This document shows positions 27,389 through 36,434 of a stretch of DNA of 64,000 nt, piece by piece (positions within the stretch are counted from its first letter, which is position 1; each line of letters starts with the position of its first letter). The DNA lies in assembly GCA_965223505.1 (NCBI GenBank), contig CBDCWP010000011.1, positions 1-64,000 of the forward strand. The letters are read 5' to 3'. The DNA comes from Planctomycetota bacterium (GTDB lineage: Bacteria > Planctomycetota > PLA2 > JAEUHO01). The translations under genes were made by a program, and so were the position numbers. Under the pieces are notes generated by a model, which saw nothing but the letters and a program-made list of their open reading frames with translations, made no database searches and was not told the DNA's origin.

Positions 27389-28123
27389 ATGGAGCCGACA
27401 CGCGTCGCCATGTGGTCCGGGCCGCGCAACGTCTCGACGGCGTTGATGCGTTCCTTCTCGAGTCGCGCCGACACGGTCGTCGTGGACGAGCCGCTCTACG
27501 CGGCGTACCTGTACGAGACCGGACTCGAGCACCCCGGACGCGAGGAGATCCTGCGCTCGTACCCGACCGACTGGCGTGACGCCGTCGAAGGGCTGCTGGC
27601 GCCGCTGCCCGACGGCACTTTCGTCAGCTACCAGAAGCACATGGCCCACCACCTGCTGCCGACGATGGCGCGCGACTGGGTGTTCTCGCTTCGCAACGCC
27701 TTCCTGATCCGCGATCCGCGGGAGGTGTTGGCGTCGTACGCGAAGGTGATCGCCGAACCCACGCTCGAAGATCTGGGATTGCCGCAGCAGCTCGAGCTGT
27801 TCGAGCGCGTGCAGGATCGCGTCGCGGACGTGCCGCCGGTCGTCGACGCGAAGGATCTGCTGGAAGATCCGCCCGCGATGCTGGCGCGATTGTGCGAAGC
27901 GCTCGGCATCCCGTACGACGCCGCGATGCTGTCCTGGCCGCGGGGGCCGCACGCTTCGGACGGCTGCTGGGCGCCGCACTGGTATGCGAACGTGTGGGCG
28001 TCGACGGGCTTCGCGCCGTACGCACCGAAGACGGAACCGCTTCCCGAGCGGCTGCAACGGCTTGCCGAGCGGTGCGCCGTGTACTACGACAAGCTCCATA
28101 TTCACAGGATCCGGGTGACGTAG
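27389..28123 (+). CDS. sulfotransferase-like P-loop protein associated with class IV aminotransferases
   Basis: MWSGPRNVSTALMRSF, DEPLY, QKHMAHH, FLIRDP, WAPHWY. Confidence 0.85.
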   Translation: MEPTRVAMWSGPRNVSTALMRSFSSRADTVVVDEPLYAAYLYETGLEHPGREEILRSYPTDWRDAVEGLLAPLPDGTFVSYQKHMAHHLLPTMARDWVFSLRNAFLIRDPREVLASYAKVIAEPTLEDLGLPQQLELFERVQDRVADVPPVVDAKDLLEDPPAMLARLCEALGIPYDAAMLSWPRGPHASDGCWAPHWYANVWASTGFAPYAPKTEPLPERLQRLAERCAVYYDKLHIHRIRVT

Positions 28124-29026
28124 ATGCTCCAGCGCTTCGACGAACGCAACGCCGATCTCCTCGTCAACATCAACGGCGAGCTGATACACCGCGACCAGGC
28201 GCGCGTCAGTCCATTCGACTCGGTGGTTCAAGGCGGCGATGCCGTGTGGGAGGGCCTGCGTGTCTACGACGGCCGGGTCTTCAAGTTGAAGGCGCACTTG
28301 TCGCGGCTTCGATCGTCGGCATTGGCGCTGGCGTTCGGGGAGATTCCCGACGACGACGCGATCGTCGGAGAGATCCGCAAGACGCTCGAGGCCAACCAGA
28401 TGCGTGACGGCGTGCACATCCGCCTGACGTTGACGCGCGGCGAGAAGATCACGTCGGGCATGGATCCGCGGCTGAACCAGTCCGGCCCGACGTTGATCGT
28501 TTTGGCGGAGCACAAGGCGCCGGTCTACGACAAGAGCGGGTTGAAGCTGATCACGAGCTCGGTCCGTCGTTCGCCGCCGGACTGCCTCGATCCGAAGATC
28601 CACCACGCCAACCTCCTGCCGTCGATCCTGGCGAAGATCGAAGCCAACCACGCCGGCGTCGACGACGCGTTGATGCTCGACGTGCGCGGCTTCGTCGCCG
28701 AGACGAACGCGACGCACGTCTTCGTCGTGCTCGGAGGCGCGGTGCTGACGTCGAGGGTGCTCGCGTGCCCCGAGGGCGTGACGCGTTCGACCGTGCTCGA
28801 GATCTGCGAGGCCCACGGCATTCCCGCGGTCGTGAAGGACCTTTCGCTGACGGAGGTGTACCGGGCGGACGAGGTGTTCTGCACCGGCACGATGGGGGAG
28901 CTGGCCGGCGTCGTCGAGGTCGACGGTCGCACGATCGGCGACGGCGCGGTCGGCGCCGTGACGAAGCGGCTGTCGGCGTTCTACCGCGAGCGGACCGCCG
29001 CCGAAGGCACGCAGGTCGTCGCGTAG
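28124..29026 (+). CDS. PLP-dependent aminotransferase class IV (IlvE/Dat/PabC-like)
   Basis: GDAVWEGLR, HLSRL, ETNATHVF, GVTRS, ADEVFCTGT; adjacent to the upstream gene (TAGATG). Confidence 0.9.
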   Translation: MLQRFDERNADLLVNINGELIHRDQARVSPFDSVVQGGDAVWEGLRVYDGRVFKLKAHLSRLRSSALALAFGEIPDDDAIVGEIRKTLEANQMRDGVHIRLTLTRGEKITSGMDPRLNQSGPTLIVLAEHKAPVYDKSGLKLITSSVRRSPPDCLDPKIHHANLLPSILAKIEANHAGVDDALMLDVRGFVAETNATHVFVVLGGAVLTSRVLACPEGVTRSTVLEICEAHGIPAVVKDLSLTEVYRADEVFCTGTMGELAGVVEVDGRTIGDGAVGAVTKRLSAFYRERTAAEGTQVVA

Positions 29027-29517
29027 TGCTCGAGACCGAACGCCTTCGCCTGCGTCCCTTCACGCTCGACGACGCCGAAGCGTTTCATGCCATCTGGGGC
29101 GACCCCGAGGTCATTTGGTGGGGCGCCAACGACACGTTCGAGCAGAGCCGTGACAGGCTTCGGGGGCTGCTCGCAAGCCAGTCGGCGTGGCCCGCAGGCG
29201 TCGCCTGGTTCGCCGTCACGCCCAAGCACGGCGACGGCGTGGTCGGTGACGTGTTGCTGCAGCCTGCGAGGTTCGCGGACGGGATCGAGATCGGCTGGCA
29301 CTTGCGCCGCGACGTCTGGGGCAAGGGCTACGCGACCGAGGCCGCGCGCTGCGTGCTCGCCTACGCGCTCGAGGAGCTCGGCTTGGACCGCGTGTATGCG
29401 ATCGTCGCGACACGGAACGATCGATCGCTGCGGGTCGTCGACAAGCTCGGGATGCAGCGCGTCTGCGAGATGACCTACGCCGAGCTACCGCACGTGCTGT
29501 ACTTCGCCGCGTCCTAG
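29026..29517 (+). CDS. GNAT N-acetyltransferase (RimJ/RimL type)
   Basis: LETERLRLRP, EIGW, WGKGYATEAA, NDRSLRVVDKLG; GTG overlaps the upstream TAG. Confidence 0.9.
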   Translation: MLETERLRLRPFTLDDAEAFHAIWGDPEVIWWGANDTFEQSRDRLRGLLASQSAWPAGVAWFAVTPKHGDGVVGDVLLQPARFADGIEIGWHLRRDVWGKGYATEAARCVLAYALEELGLDRVYAIVATRNDRSLRVVDKLGMQRVCEMTYAELPHVLYFAAS

Positions 29518-30776
29518 CGCCGTCCCCCGCGGCCGCGGCCCGGCTTGGACATGCCCCCGCGGCCGCCGCTGTGCGACCGCACGCCGCTGAGCAACCGCTG
29601 CTCCGCCGCAGTCAGTCGCTGGCCGCTGACCGCCTGTCGCCCGAGCTCCACCAATCCGATGCGATCGGGATCGCTCATGATCTCGTCGTCGGGAAGCTCG
29701 ATCTTCGATCCGTAGAGCGCGCTGGCAAAGGGGTCGTGCGGGTAGATCGCGAGGTGGACCAGCTTGCCGTCGAGGCCGACCGCCCTTCCGCGCGTCCCAC
29801 CGGTGAGCTGCAAGATCAACCGCTCGCCGGCCGCGCCGTCGGGCAGCTTCTCGACGCGGTACTTCGATTTCTGCAGGCGCTCGAAGAGCTTCGTCGCGTC
29901 CTTCGTGACGGTTGCGAGCGTCTTTTCGGGGTCGTCCTTCCCGGGGATCGGGATGTTCTTTTTCTCCGCTTGGATCGCGAGTGCAGCAGCGGCGTACGTC
30001 GCGCCGAGCACGTACGACTCCCGATATCCCCGCATCAGCGCGGGGTCGTACAGCGTCAGCGACTGGAGGCGGCCCCGAAGCGCCGCGATCACACCGACGA
30101 CCGTGCCGCCCTGCGGCGGCGCTTTCACGAGGACCTCGTCGAGTTTCCTTCGCGCCTCGGCGGTCGCCTCCTGGAGGAGCTTCGATCCCCCGATGGCGGC
30201 GAGGGACTTGCGTTCGTCGCCTTGGTCGCGGAATTCCAGATTGCGGGCGATGAACGTCGGGACGAGCGTGCTCGAGGCGCCGTAGTCGGCCTTGCGGCGC
30301 AGATGTAGCGGCGCGAGGAACTTGGCCATCGTGAAAGGCACGGCTTCCTTGCGCGTCTCCGAGGACGACGCGGCCGGCAGCGCGCTCGCCTCGAGCGATG
30401 CGGAGGGGGCGACGATCACCGGATACCGCACGAGGCGGTCACGGTGGCCACCGAGCAGGACCGTGCCCCCGACGAGCAAGACCGGTTTGTCCGAGGGGTT
30501 GATGACGGCGAAGTCGTGGTGGTGTTCTGGCATCTCGGGCTCGCTGAAAATGAGGGGCGTCCCGTCGAACTGGCACGCCACGCCCGTCGCGTCGGGCGCC
30601 TCGGCGCGAACCAGGGGAATCAGGATCACCTGGTCCGTCTGGAGCGGAGCGCCCATCGAGACCCCGTCCAGGAAGCGCTCGACGAAGTTGGGTTCCGCAT
30701 CTTTGGCGGCAGCCGGCTCAACGAGGACGAGGAGTACGAGCGTGACGCGGACGAGCGTGCGCATGAGGCTCTCCAT
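29514..30776 (-). CDS. secreted DUF6569/ARPP-1-like domain protein
   Basis: Signal peptide (start 30776 or 30764); NPSDKPVLLVGGTVLLGGHRDR motif; Gly/Arg-rich tail. Confidence 0.55.
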   Translation of the reverse strand: MESLMRTLVRVTLVLLVLVEPAAAKDAEPNFVERFLDGVSMGAPLQTDQVILIPLVRAEAPDATGVACQFDGTPLIFSEPEMPEHHHDFAVINPSDKPVLLVGGTVLLGGHRDRLVRYPVIVAPSASLEASALPAASSSETRKEAVPFTMAKFLAPLHLRRKADYGASSTLVPTFIARNLEFRDQGDERKSLAAIGGSKLLQEATAEARRKLDEVLVKAPPQGGTVVGVIAALRGRLQSLTLYDPALMRGYRESYVLGATYAAAALAIQAEKKNIPIPGKDDPEKTLATVTKDATKLFERLQKSKYRVEKLPDGAAGERLILQLTGGTRGRAVGLDGKLVHLAIYPHDPFASALYGSKIELPDDEIMSDPDRIGLVELGRQAVSGQRLTAAEQRLLSGVRSHSGGRGGMSKPGRGRGGRR

Positions 30777-31676
30777 CTACCAGTTGAAGTTGAGTGCGAG
30801 ATACGGGCCGTGGAACAGGATGTCCCACTCGAATCGGTTCGCGCCCGATCCGTCGGCGTAGTCGATGTCGAGAGCCTTGTAGCCGAGTTCGACGGAGAAC
30901 CACCGCGTGACGCGGTAGCGCGCCCCGCCCCGCAGGCTCCACGTGAGGTCGGAGTTGATGCCGAAGCCGCCGATGTCGGCCTCGAGGTCGAAGACCCAGC
31001 GATTGCCGAGATCCCACGTCACCCGCGCGCCAACCAGCGGATCGACGAAGTCCTTCGATCCGGAGGCACCCGGCAACGCGCCGCGCGGTTCGATCGACGC
31101 TTCGAGGTTGAAGTATCGGATGCCGGCGAACGCCTCGTAGGAGATCGAACCCGGGCACCCACAGGTCTCGATGGGACACTTCTTCAGGCAATACGCGACG
31201 TCGGCCTGAAGGAGGTCCATGCCGGCCTCGGCGTCGATGCCGCGCGCGCCCCCTTCGCGGAACTCGGCGCCCGCCGCGAAATTCGCAGTGAGACCGGCGA
31301 CGCGAAAGCCCCAGCGGCCGTGCCAGGCGCGCACCGCGCCCTCGAGCACGCCGTCACCATGGTCGAGAACGGCGTCAATCAGATCCGACGCGTCCAGCTC
31401 GACGTCCGATCGGCGACCGAGAACGGTGGCGTGGCCGTCCAAGGAGGACAACCAGCCGGCCAGCGTGACTTCGCCGTGCCAGCAGCAAGGGCCGCACGGC
31501 GTTTCGTAAGGCATGCACCGCGGTGGGCAACACGCGGCACGGTCCAGGCGCAACCGACGCTCCTCACGGACGATCGGGGGCGCGGACGTCGTCGCCGCGG
31601 CGCCCTCCTCGGCGTAGGCGGGCACGACCGTAACCATGCTCGTGAAAACGAACGCCGTAATGACCCAGCACTTCAT
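30777..31676 (-). CDS. outer-membrane beta-barrel protein with Cys-rich inserts
   Basis: ATG 31676, signal peptide AYA; alternating beta-strands, DFVDPLVGAR, ADIGGFG, C-terminal LALNFNW. Confidence 0.75.
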   Translation of the reverse strand: MKCWVITAFVFTSMVTVVPAYAEEGAAATTSAPPIVREERRLRLDRAACCPPRCMPYETPCGPCCWHGEVTLAGWLSSLDGHATVLGRRSDVELDASDLIDAVLDHGDGVLEGAVRAWHGRWGFRVAGLTANFAAGAEFREGGARGIDAEAGMDLLQADVAYCLKKCPIETCGCPGSISYEAFAGIRYFNLEASIEPRGALPGASGSKDFVDPLVGARVTWDLGNRWVFDLEADIGGFGINSDLTWSLRGGARYRVTRWFSVELGYKALDIDYADGSGANRFEWDILFHGPYLALNFNW

Positions 31677-31704
31677 CGATTGCTCTCCTTCCGGTTGCGT
31701 GCAC

Positions 31705-32940
31705 CTACCGTCGTCGGCCGCGGCCGCCGCCGCCACGCCCGCCGCCGAACCCGCCGCGACTGCGACCACCACTGCCGCGGGCAGCGCCGCCGCGAGACGC
31801 ACCCCCGCGGCTTCCGCCAGAGTGCCCGCTACCAAGGCTGCTGCGGCCGCGCGAGCTGTCCCGCCGTGCCGAGCTGCCGCTGCGCGATCCGCCCAAGCCG
31901 CTGCGGCCCGCGCTCGAACCCCGGTCGGGACGTGCGGCGCCGGTCGGGCGACCTTGCTGCGTGCCGCGGCTGCCACCTACGGCGGGTGACGGCGTGGGCC
32001 GCGCGCCGAAGCTCGGTCGCGGTTGCGTACCTTTCGTCGGGCGCCGGGCGGGCGCCTTCATGCCGCCGCGCGCGGGCTTGGCGGAGCTCCGGCGCTTGTC
32101 CCACTGCGGTTGGCGCGTCTTGCCGACCTGGCCACCGCGACCGCGCGGCGGCTTGGACGGCTGAATGCGCATCGACTCCCGCGAGGGTTGGAACCGGTTG
32201 ATGTTGCCGATGTTGGTGCGGTTGAGCTCGCCGTTGCGGTTGAAGTTGAAGTTCGCTTCCTTGTTCACGTAGATCCCGCCGCCGCCGTAGCCGTGTCCGT
32301 AGTGGTGGCTGCCCCAGCCGATCTCGTGGAACGCCCACGCGCCGATGACGCCCGCGGTGAACCCGGCCCAGAAGTAGCCTCCGTATGACGCCGGCTGCGT
32401 CGCCACCGGTTGCGTCACGTACACCGGGTCGTACTGCGGCACGTAGATCACCTCCGGCTGCGCCGGCTGGATCTGGATGATCTGCGTCTCCTCCTCGTAG
32501 ATCACCTGCTGCTTGTCGTTCGTTTCCAGGTTGCCGGTGTCCTTCGCCTTCTTGCGGAAGTTCTGAATCGCCGCGAGGACGTCCTCCTGCTGATTGGAGA
32601 CGGCGTAGCCCATCTGCTCCATCCACGAGAGGTTCTCGCTCATCCACTGCAGCACGTCCGGGAACTGCACGAGTGCCTGCACGGCGGCGGCCCAGTTCTC
32701 CTCGGCGGGCGCCTCCTTGACCTCGCCTTCCTGCTCGGCGAGCCAACGGGACGCCTTGAGCACGTCGAGCGGATCCGTGCTGGCCGGAAGCACCGAGGCC
32801 AGCACCTGATCGGGATAGAGCGCGACCGGCCCGACGATGTCCTCGAGCTCCTTTGCGGTGTAGGTCTTGCTTTCGTCGTCGCCGTACGCGGGAATCGCGA
32901 TCAGGAGGACGATCAAGGCGGGCGAGAGCTTGCGAAGCAT
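31705..32940 (-). CDS. DUF3300 domain protein with Arg/Gly/Ser-rich tail
   Basis: LEDIVGPVALYPDQVLA, ALVQFPDVL, IQPAQPEVIYVPQYDP. Confidence 0.9.
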   Translation of the reverse strand: MLRKLSPALIVLLIAIPAYGDDESKTYTAKELEDIVGPVALYPDQVLASVLPASTDPLDVLKASRWLAEQEGEVKEAPAEENWAAAVQALVQFPDVLQWMSENLSWMEQMGYAVSNQQEDVLAAIQNFRKKAKDTGNLETNDKQQVIYEEETQIIQIQPAQPEVIYVPQYDPVYVTQPVATQPASYGGYFWAGFTAGVIGAWAFHEIGWGSHHYGHGYGGGGIYVNKEANFNFNRNGELNRTNIGNINRFQPSRESMRIQPSKPPRGRGGQVGKTRQPQWDKRRSSAKPARGGMKAPARRPTKGTQPRPSFGARPTPSPAVGGSRGTQQGRPTGAARPDRGSSAGRSGLGGSRSGSSARRDSSRGRSSLGSGHSGGSRGGASRGGAARGSGGRSRGGFGGGRGGGGRGRRR

Positions 32941-32942
32941 GA

Positions 32943-33881
32943 CTAGTTCTCCTTCACTTCGCGCCACCCCGGAGTCGGGTTGAAGCCGATCATCTGCCGC
33001 ACGAGCTGCGCCGTGCATCGTCCCAGATCGCGTTCGTAGACCCTGCCGTGATGACTGATGAGAAAGCTCATCACGCCGCTCTTCTTGTAGTCCGCCGGAT
33101 ACGCCACCAGCGCGAAGCCGGCGATCATGTTGCCGTTGATCACGTAGGAATGCCGGCCACCCGGCGCCGACGTGCCTTGGCCGTCGAGAATGCGAAAGTA
33201 GTAACCGCCGACCGGCACGCGCTTGCCGCCGCGCGCGGCGCCGAGATGTTCTTGCCACGAGGCGACCAGCGGGCCGAGAGGACTCTGTTCCTCCCCGTCG
33301 GCCGAAGGCCAGTAGAGGCCGTCCTTTCGCCCTTCACTGCTTCGGATCTTGCGGGCGTACTCGCGCACGCCGTCGCCGTCGCGGTCCTTGGACGCATACT
33401 CGATCTGCGCGTCGGCGTAGATACGGCAGATGTCGATGGCGCGATGCTCGTTGCGGCCGATGCGGCGCGCGAGCAGCTCCTCGCGACCGGCTTCGACGTC
33501 GAACCGCCACTTGCCGTCCTCACCCTTCACGAGCGGGAACGGAAGCGGCCAGTCGTCGTCGCCGATGATCAGCGTCTTCGAGCCGTCGTCGTTGTCGCGG
33601 AACGAATGCCGCAATTTGGCCAGCGCGGCGAGCTCCTCACGCTCCTTCTTGACGACCGGGTCCGACCCGCTCATCAACAGGTCCTTCGCATCGCTGCCGA
33701 ACATGCTCATGAGCGCGGCGTCGTCGTTCGCGGCGCCGGCTTGGATGAGTGCCGCCGCGGCGCTCTCCGGTGTCGGAAATGCCGTACGTGTGTCTTCGGC
33801 ACGCGCTGTCCCGACCATCACGCTCATGCTGATGAGGAGCAGCGCAAGACGCGCGCCGGCTCGCTTCGACATCGTTCCCAT
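32943..33881 (-). CDS. DUF2950 family protein
   Basis: FPTPESAA, WPLPFPLV, RRIGRNE, DGLYWP, GYYFRIL, GFALVAYPADY..SGVMSF. Confidence 0.9.
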   Translation of the reverse strand: MGTMSKRAGARLALLLISMSVMVGTARAEDTRTAFPTPESAAAALIQAGAANDDAALMSMFGSDAKDLLMSGSDPVVKKEREELAALAKLRHSFRDNDDGSKTLIIGDDDWPLPFPLVKGEDGKWRFDVEAGREELLARRIGRNEHRAIDICRIYADAQIEYASKDRDGDGVREYARKIRSSEGRKDGLYWPSADGEEQSPLGPLVASWQEHLGAARGGKRVPVGGYYFRILDGQGTSAPGGRHSYVINGNMIAGFALVAYPADYKKSGVMSFLISHHGRVYERDLGRCTAQLVRQMIGFNPTPGWREVKEN

Positions 33882-34066
33882 GATTTCTCCCACATGTGAG
33901 ATGAAGTCCTGCGCATCATAGAGAATTTGGAGCTCGGGCGATCGCTTCACGCGGTCCTTACAAAAACGAACCGTCTTAACATCCCCGTCGAGAACGACTT
34001 GAAACGGAGAGGCGCGACGAGTCAGTATCTGTCTCCGGTCATCAACATCTCAAGGGGGTTGGAATC

Positions 34067-36373
34067 ATGCATGGGAATCGCAATCGAGTCACCGCGCTCC
34101 TCTTCACCGTCGCGGCGCTCTCCATTCTGCTTGGCGGGGACCGAGCACTCGCGGACGAGCAGGAAGACGAATGGAAGGGCAAGATCGCCAAAAAGTACGA
34201 AGACTCCGAGGAGTACTGGGCGCCTCGCGTCCGGCCGCACGAGGACGCACCCAATGTGCTCATCCTCCTGCTCGACGACGTCGGCTTCGCGCAGATCGGC
34301 TCGTTCGGCGGGCTGATCAACACGCCCAACATCGACCGTCTCGCCGCCAACGGGCTGCGCTACAACAACTTCCACACGACGGCGCTTTGCTCCCCGTCGC
34401 GCGCGACGCTGATGGCAGGTCGAAACCCGCACTCGATCGGACTCGGAAGTCATGCGCTGACCGCCATGGGCTTCCCCGGCTACAACGCGATCGTCCCGAA
34501 CACGGCCAAGTCCGTCGCCAACTACCTCCAGGCCGGCGGCTACACTAACTACGCGCTCGGCAAGTGGGACCACACGCCGCTCTACGAGGTCTCCCAGGTC
34601 GGTCCGTTCCACCGCTGGCCGAGCGGTGAGGGTTTCGATCACGCGTACTGCTTCATGGCCGCGGACGTGCATCAGTTCGTGCCCGTCATGTGGAACGACC
34701 ACTCGCCCGAGGAGTACCGCAAGAGCGAGCACCTCGACAAGGACCTCGCGGACCGCGCGATTCAATGGATGACGGGGCACAAGTCACTGCGGCCCGACGA
34801 CCCCTTCATGATGCTCTGGGCGTCCGGCTCCATGCACTCGCCGCACCACTCGCCGGACGAGTACACGAATCGCTACCGCGGCAAGTTCGACATGGGTTGG
34901 GACAAGGCACGAGAGACGATCATCGAGAATCAGAGGAAGCTCGGGATCATTCCGGCCGACACCAAGCTGACCGCGCGGATCCCCGAGATCCCGGCGTGGG
35001 ACTCCCTCAGTGAGAAGGAGAAGATGCTCTACGCACGCCAGATGGAGGCGTTCGCGGGGCAGATGGAGCACGTCGATCACCAGATCGGCCGCATCATCGC
35101 GACGCTGGAGCGCATCGGAGAGCTCGAGAACACGCTCATCTTCGTCACGGCCGACAACGGCGCGAGCGGCGAGGGTGGCCTGGCGGGCACCTTCAACGAG
35201 ACGTACGTGCTCAACGGTCTCCAGACGGACTTCGACTCCAACTGGCGCAACTACCCGGACTGGGGCCGCGAGAACACCTACCCGCACTACCACGCCGGCT
35301 GGGCGATGGCGGGCAACACACCCTTCAAGTACTTCAAGCAGTCGGAGCACCGCGGCGGTCAGACCGACGCGCTCGTCGTGCACTGGCCCAACGGCATCAA
35401 GGTCAAGGGCGAGATCCGCAACCAGTACCACCACATCAGCGACATCGCGCCCACGATCCTCGAGGCGGCGAAGATGAAGGTCCCCGAGACGTACCACGGC
35501 ATCAAGCAGAAGCCGATGGACGGGACTTCGATGGTGTACTCGTTCAACGACGCCAAGGCGCCGAACGTCAAGAAGCGTCAGTACTACGAGATGTTCGGCA
35601 ACCGCGCGATCTGGGTGGACGGCTGGAAGGCCGTGACGCTTCACGGCAACCGCATGCCGTGGGACGTGAACTCCGTCTCGCCGTTCGAGAACGACAAGTG
35701 GGAGCTCTATCACGTTGCCGAGGACTTCTCGGAGAGCACCGACCTGGCGGCGAAGTACCCCGAGAAGGTCGCGGAGCTCCAGAAGATCTTCGAAGAGGAG
35801 GCCTGGAAGTACAACGTGTACCCGCTGTACGACGACATGATCAAGCGCATGGCGAAGATCAACAACGTCCTGTTCGGCGACAAGAAGGAGTACATCTACT
35901 ACGCCCCCGGCGCATTCCGCATCGCGGAGAAGGCGTCGGCGCCGGTCAAGGGCCGGTCGCACGAGATCGTGACCACGGTCGACCTGAAGGGTGTCGAGGA
36001 GGGCGTGATCGTCGCCTGCGGTGGCATGACCGGCGGCTACACGATGTTCATCAAGGGCGGCCGCTTGTACTTCGACTACAACTTCCTCGATGGCGTGTAC
36101 TACACGCTGGAGTCGCCCGAGCTGGCGGTCGGAAAGACCGAGCTGAAGTTCGTGTTCACGGCGACCAAGATGTTCGGCGGCAAGGGCGAGCTGTACGTGA
36201 ACGGCAAGAAGGTCGACGAGGTCGACATGCCGCAGATGCACCGCAGCACGTATTCCCTGGCCGAGACGTTCGACGTCGGCATCGACACCGGCACCCAGGT
36301 CTCGAAGCTCTACAAGGGCCCCTTCAAGTTCCAGGGCGAGCTCGACAAGGTCGTGGTCACTCTCACGGACTAG
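34067..36373 (+). CDS. secreted formylglycine-dependent arylsulfatase
   Basis: PNVLILLLDDVG, CSPSR (CxPxR), GKW, DNG, PFKYFK, WELY; C-terminal beta-rich domain. Confidence 0.95.
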   Translation: MHGNRNRVTALLFTVAALSILLGGDRALADEQEDEWKGKIAKKYEDSEEYWAPRVRPHEDAPNVLILLLDDVGFAQIGSFGGLINTPNIDRLAANGLRYNNFHTTALCSPSRATLMAGRNPHSIGLGSHALTAMGFPGYNAIVPNTAKSVANYLQAGGYTNYALGKWDHTPLYEVSQVGPFHRWPSGEGFDHAYCFMAADVHQFVPVMWNDHSPEEYRKSEHLDKDLADRAIQWMTGHKSLRPDDPFMMLWASGSMHSPHHSPDEYTNRYRGKFDMGWDKARETIIENQRKLGIIPADTKLTARIPEIPAWDSLSEKEKMLYARQMEAFAGQMEHVDHQIGRIIATLERIGELENTLIFVTADNGASGEGGLAGTFNETYVLNGLQTDFDSNWRNYPDWGRENTYPHYHAGWAMAGNTPFKYFKQSEHRGGQTDALVVHWPNGIKVKGEIRNQYHHISDIAPTILEAAKMKVPETYHGIKQKPMDGTSMVYSFNDAKAPNVKKRQYYEMFGNRAIWVDGWKAVTLHGNRMPWDVNSVSPFENDKWELYHVAEDFSESTDLAAKYPEKVAELQKIFEEEAWKYNVYPLYDDMIKRMAKINNVLFGDKKEYIYYAPGAFRIAEKASAPVKGRSHEIVTTVDLKGVEEGVIVACGGMTGGYTMFIKGGRLYFDYNFLDGVYYTLESPELAVGKTELKFVFTATKMFGGKGELYVNGKKVDEVDMPQMHRSTYSLAETFDVGIDTGTQVSKLYKGPFKFQGELDKVVVTLTD

Positions 36374-36398
36374 GCGCGCGCCCGACGCGGGCAGGACG

Positions 36399-36420
36399 CC
36401 TGCCGACATCCGTCGGCAGG
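36399..36420 (+). terminator. hairpin after the sulfatase gene
   Basis: Perfect 9-bp stem CCTGCCGAC-ATCC-GTCGGCAGG followed by a pyrimidine-rich tract. Confidence 0.5.
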
Positions 36421-36434
36421 TATCCTCTCTCGCC

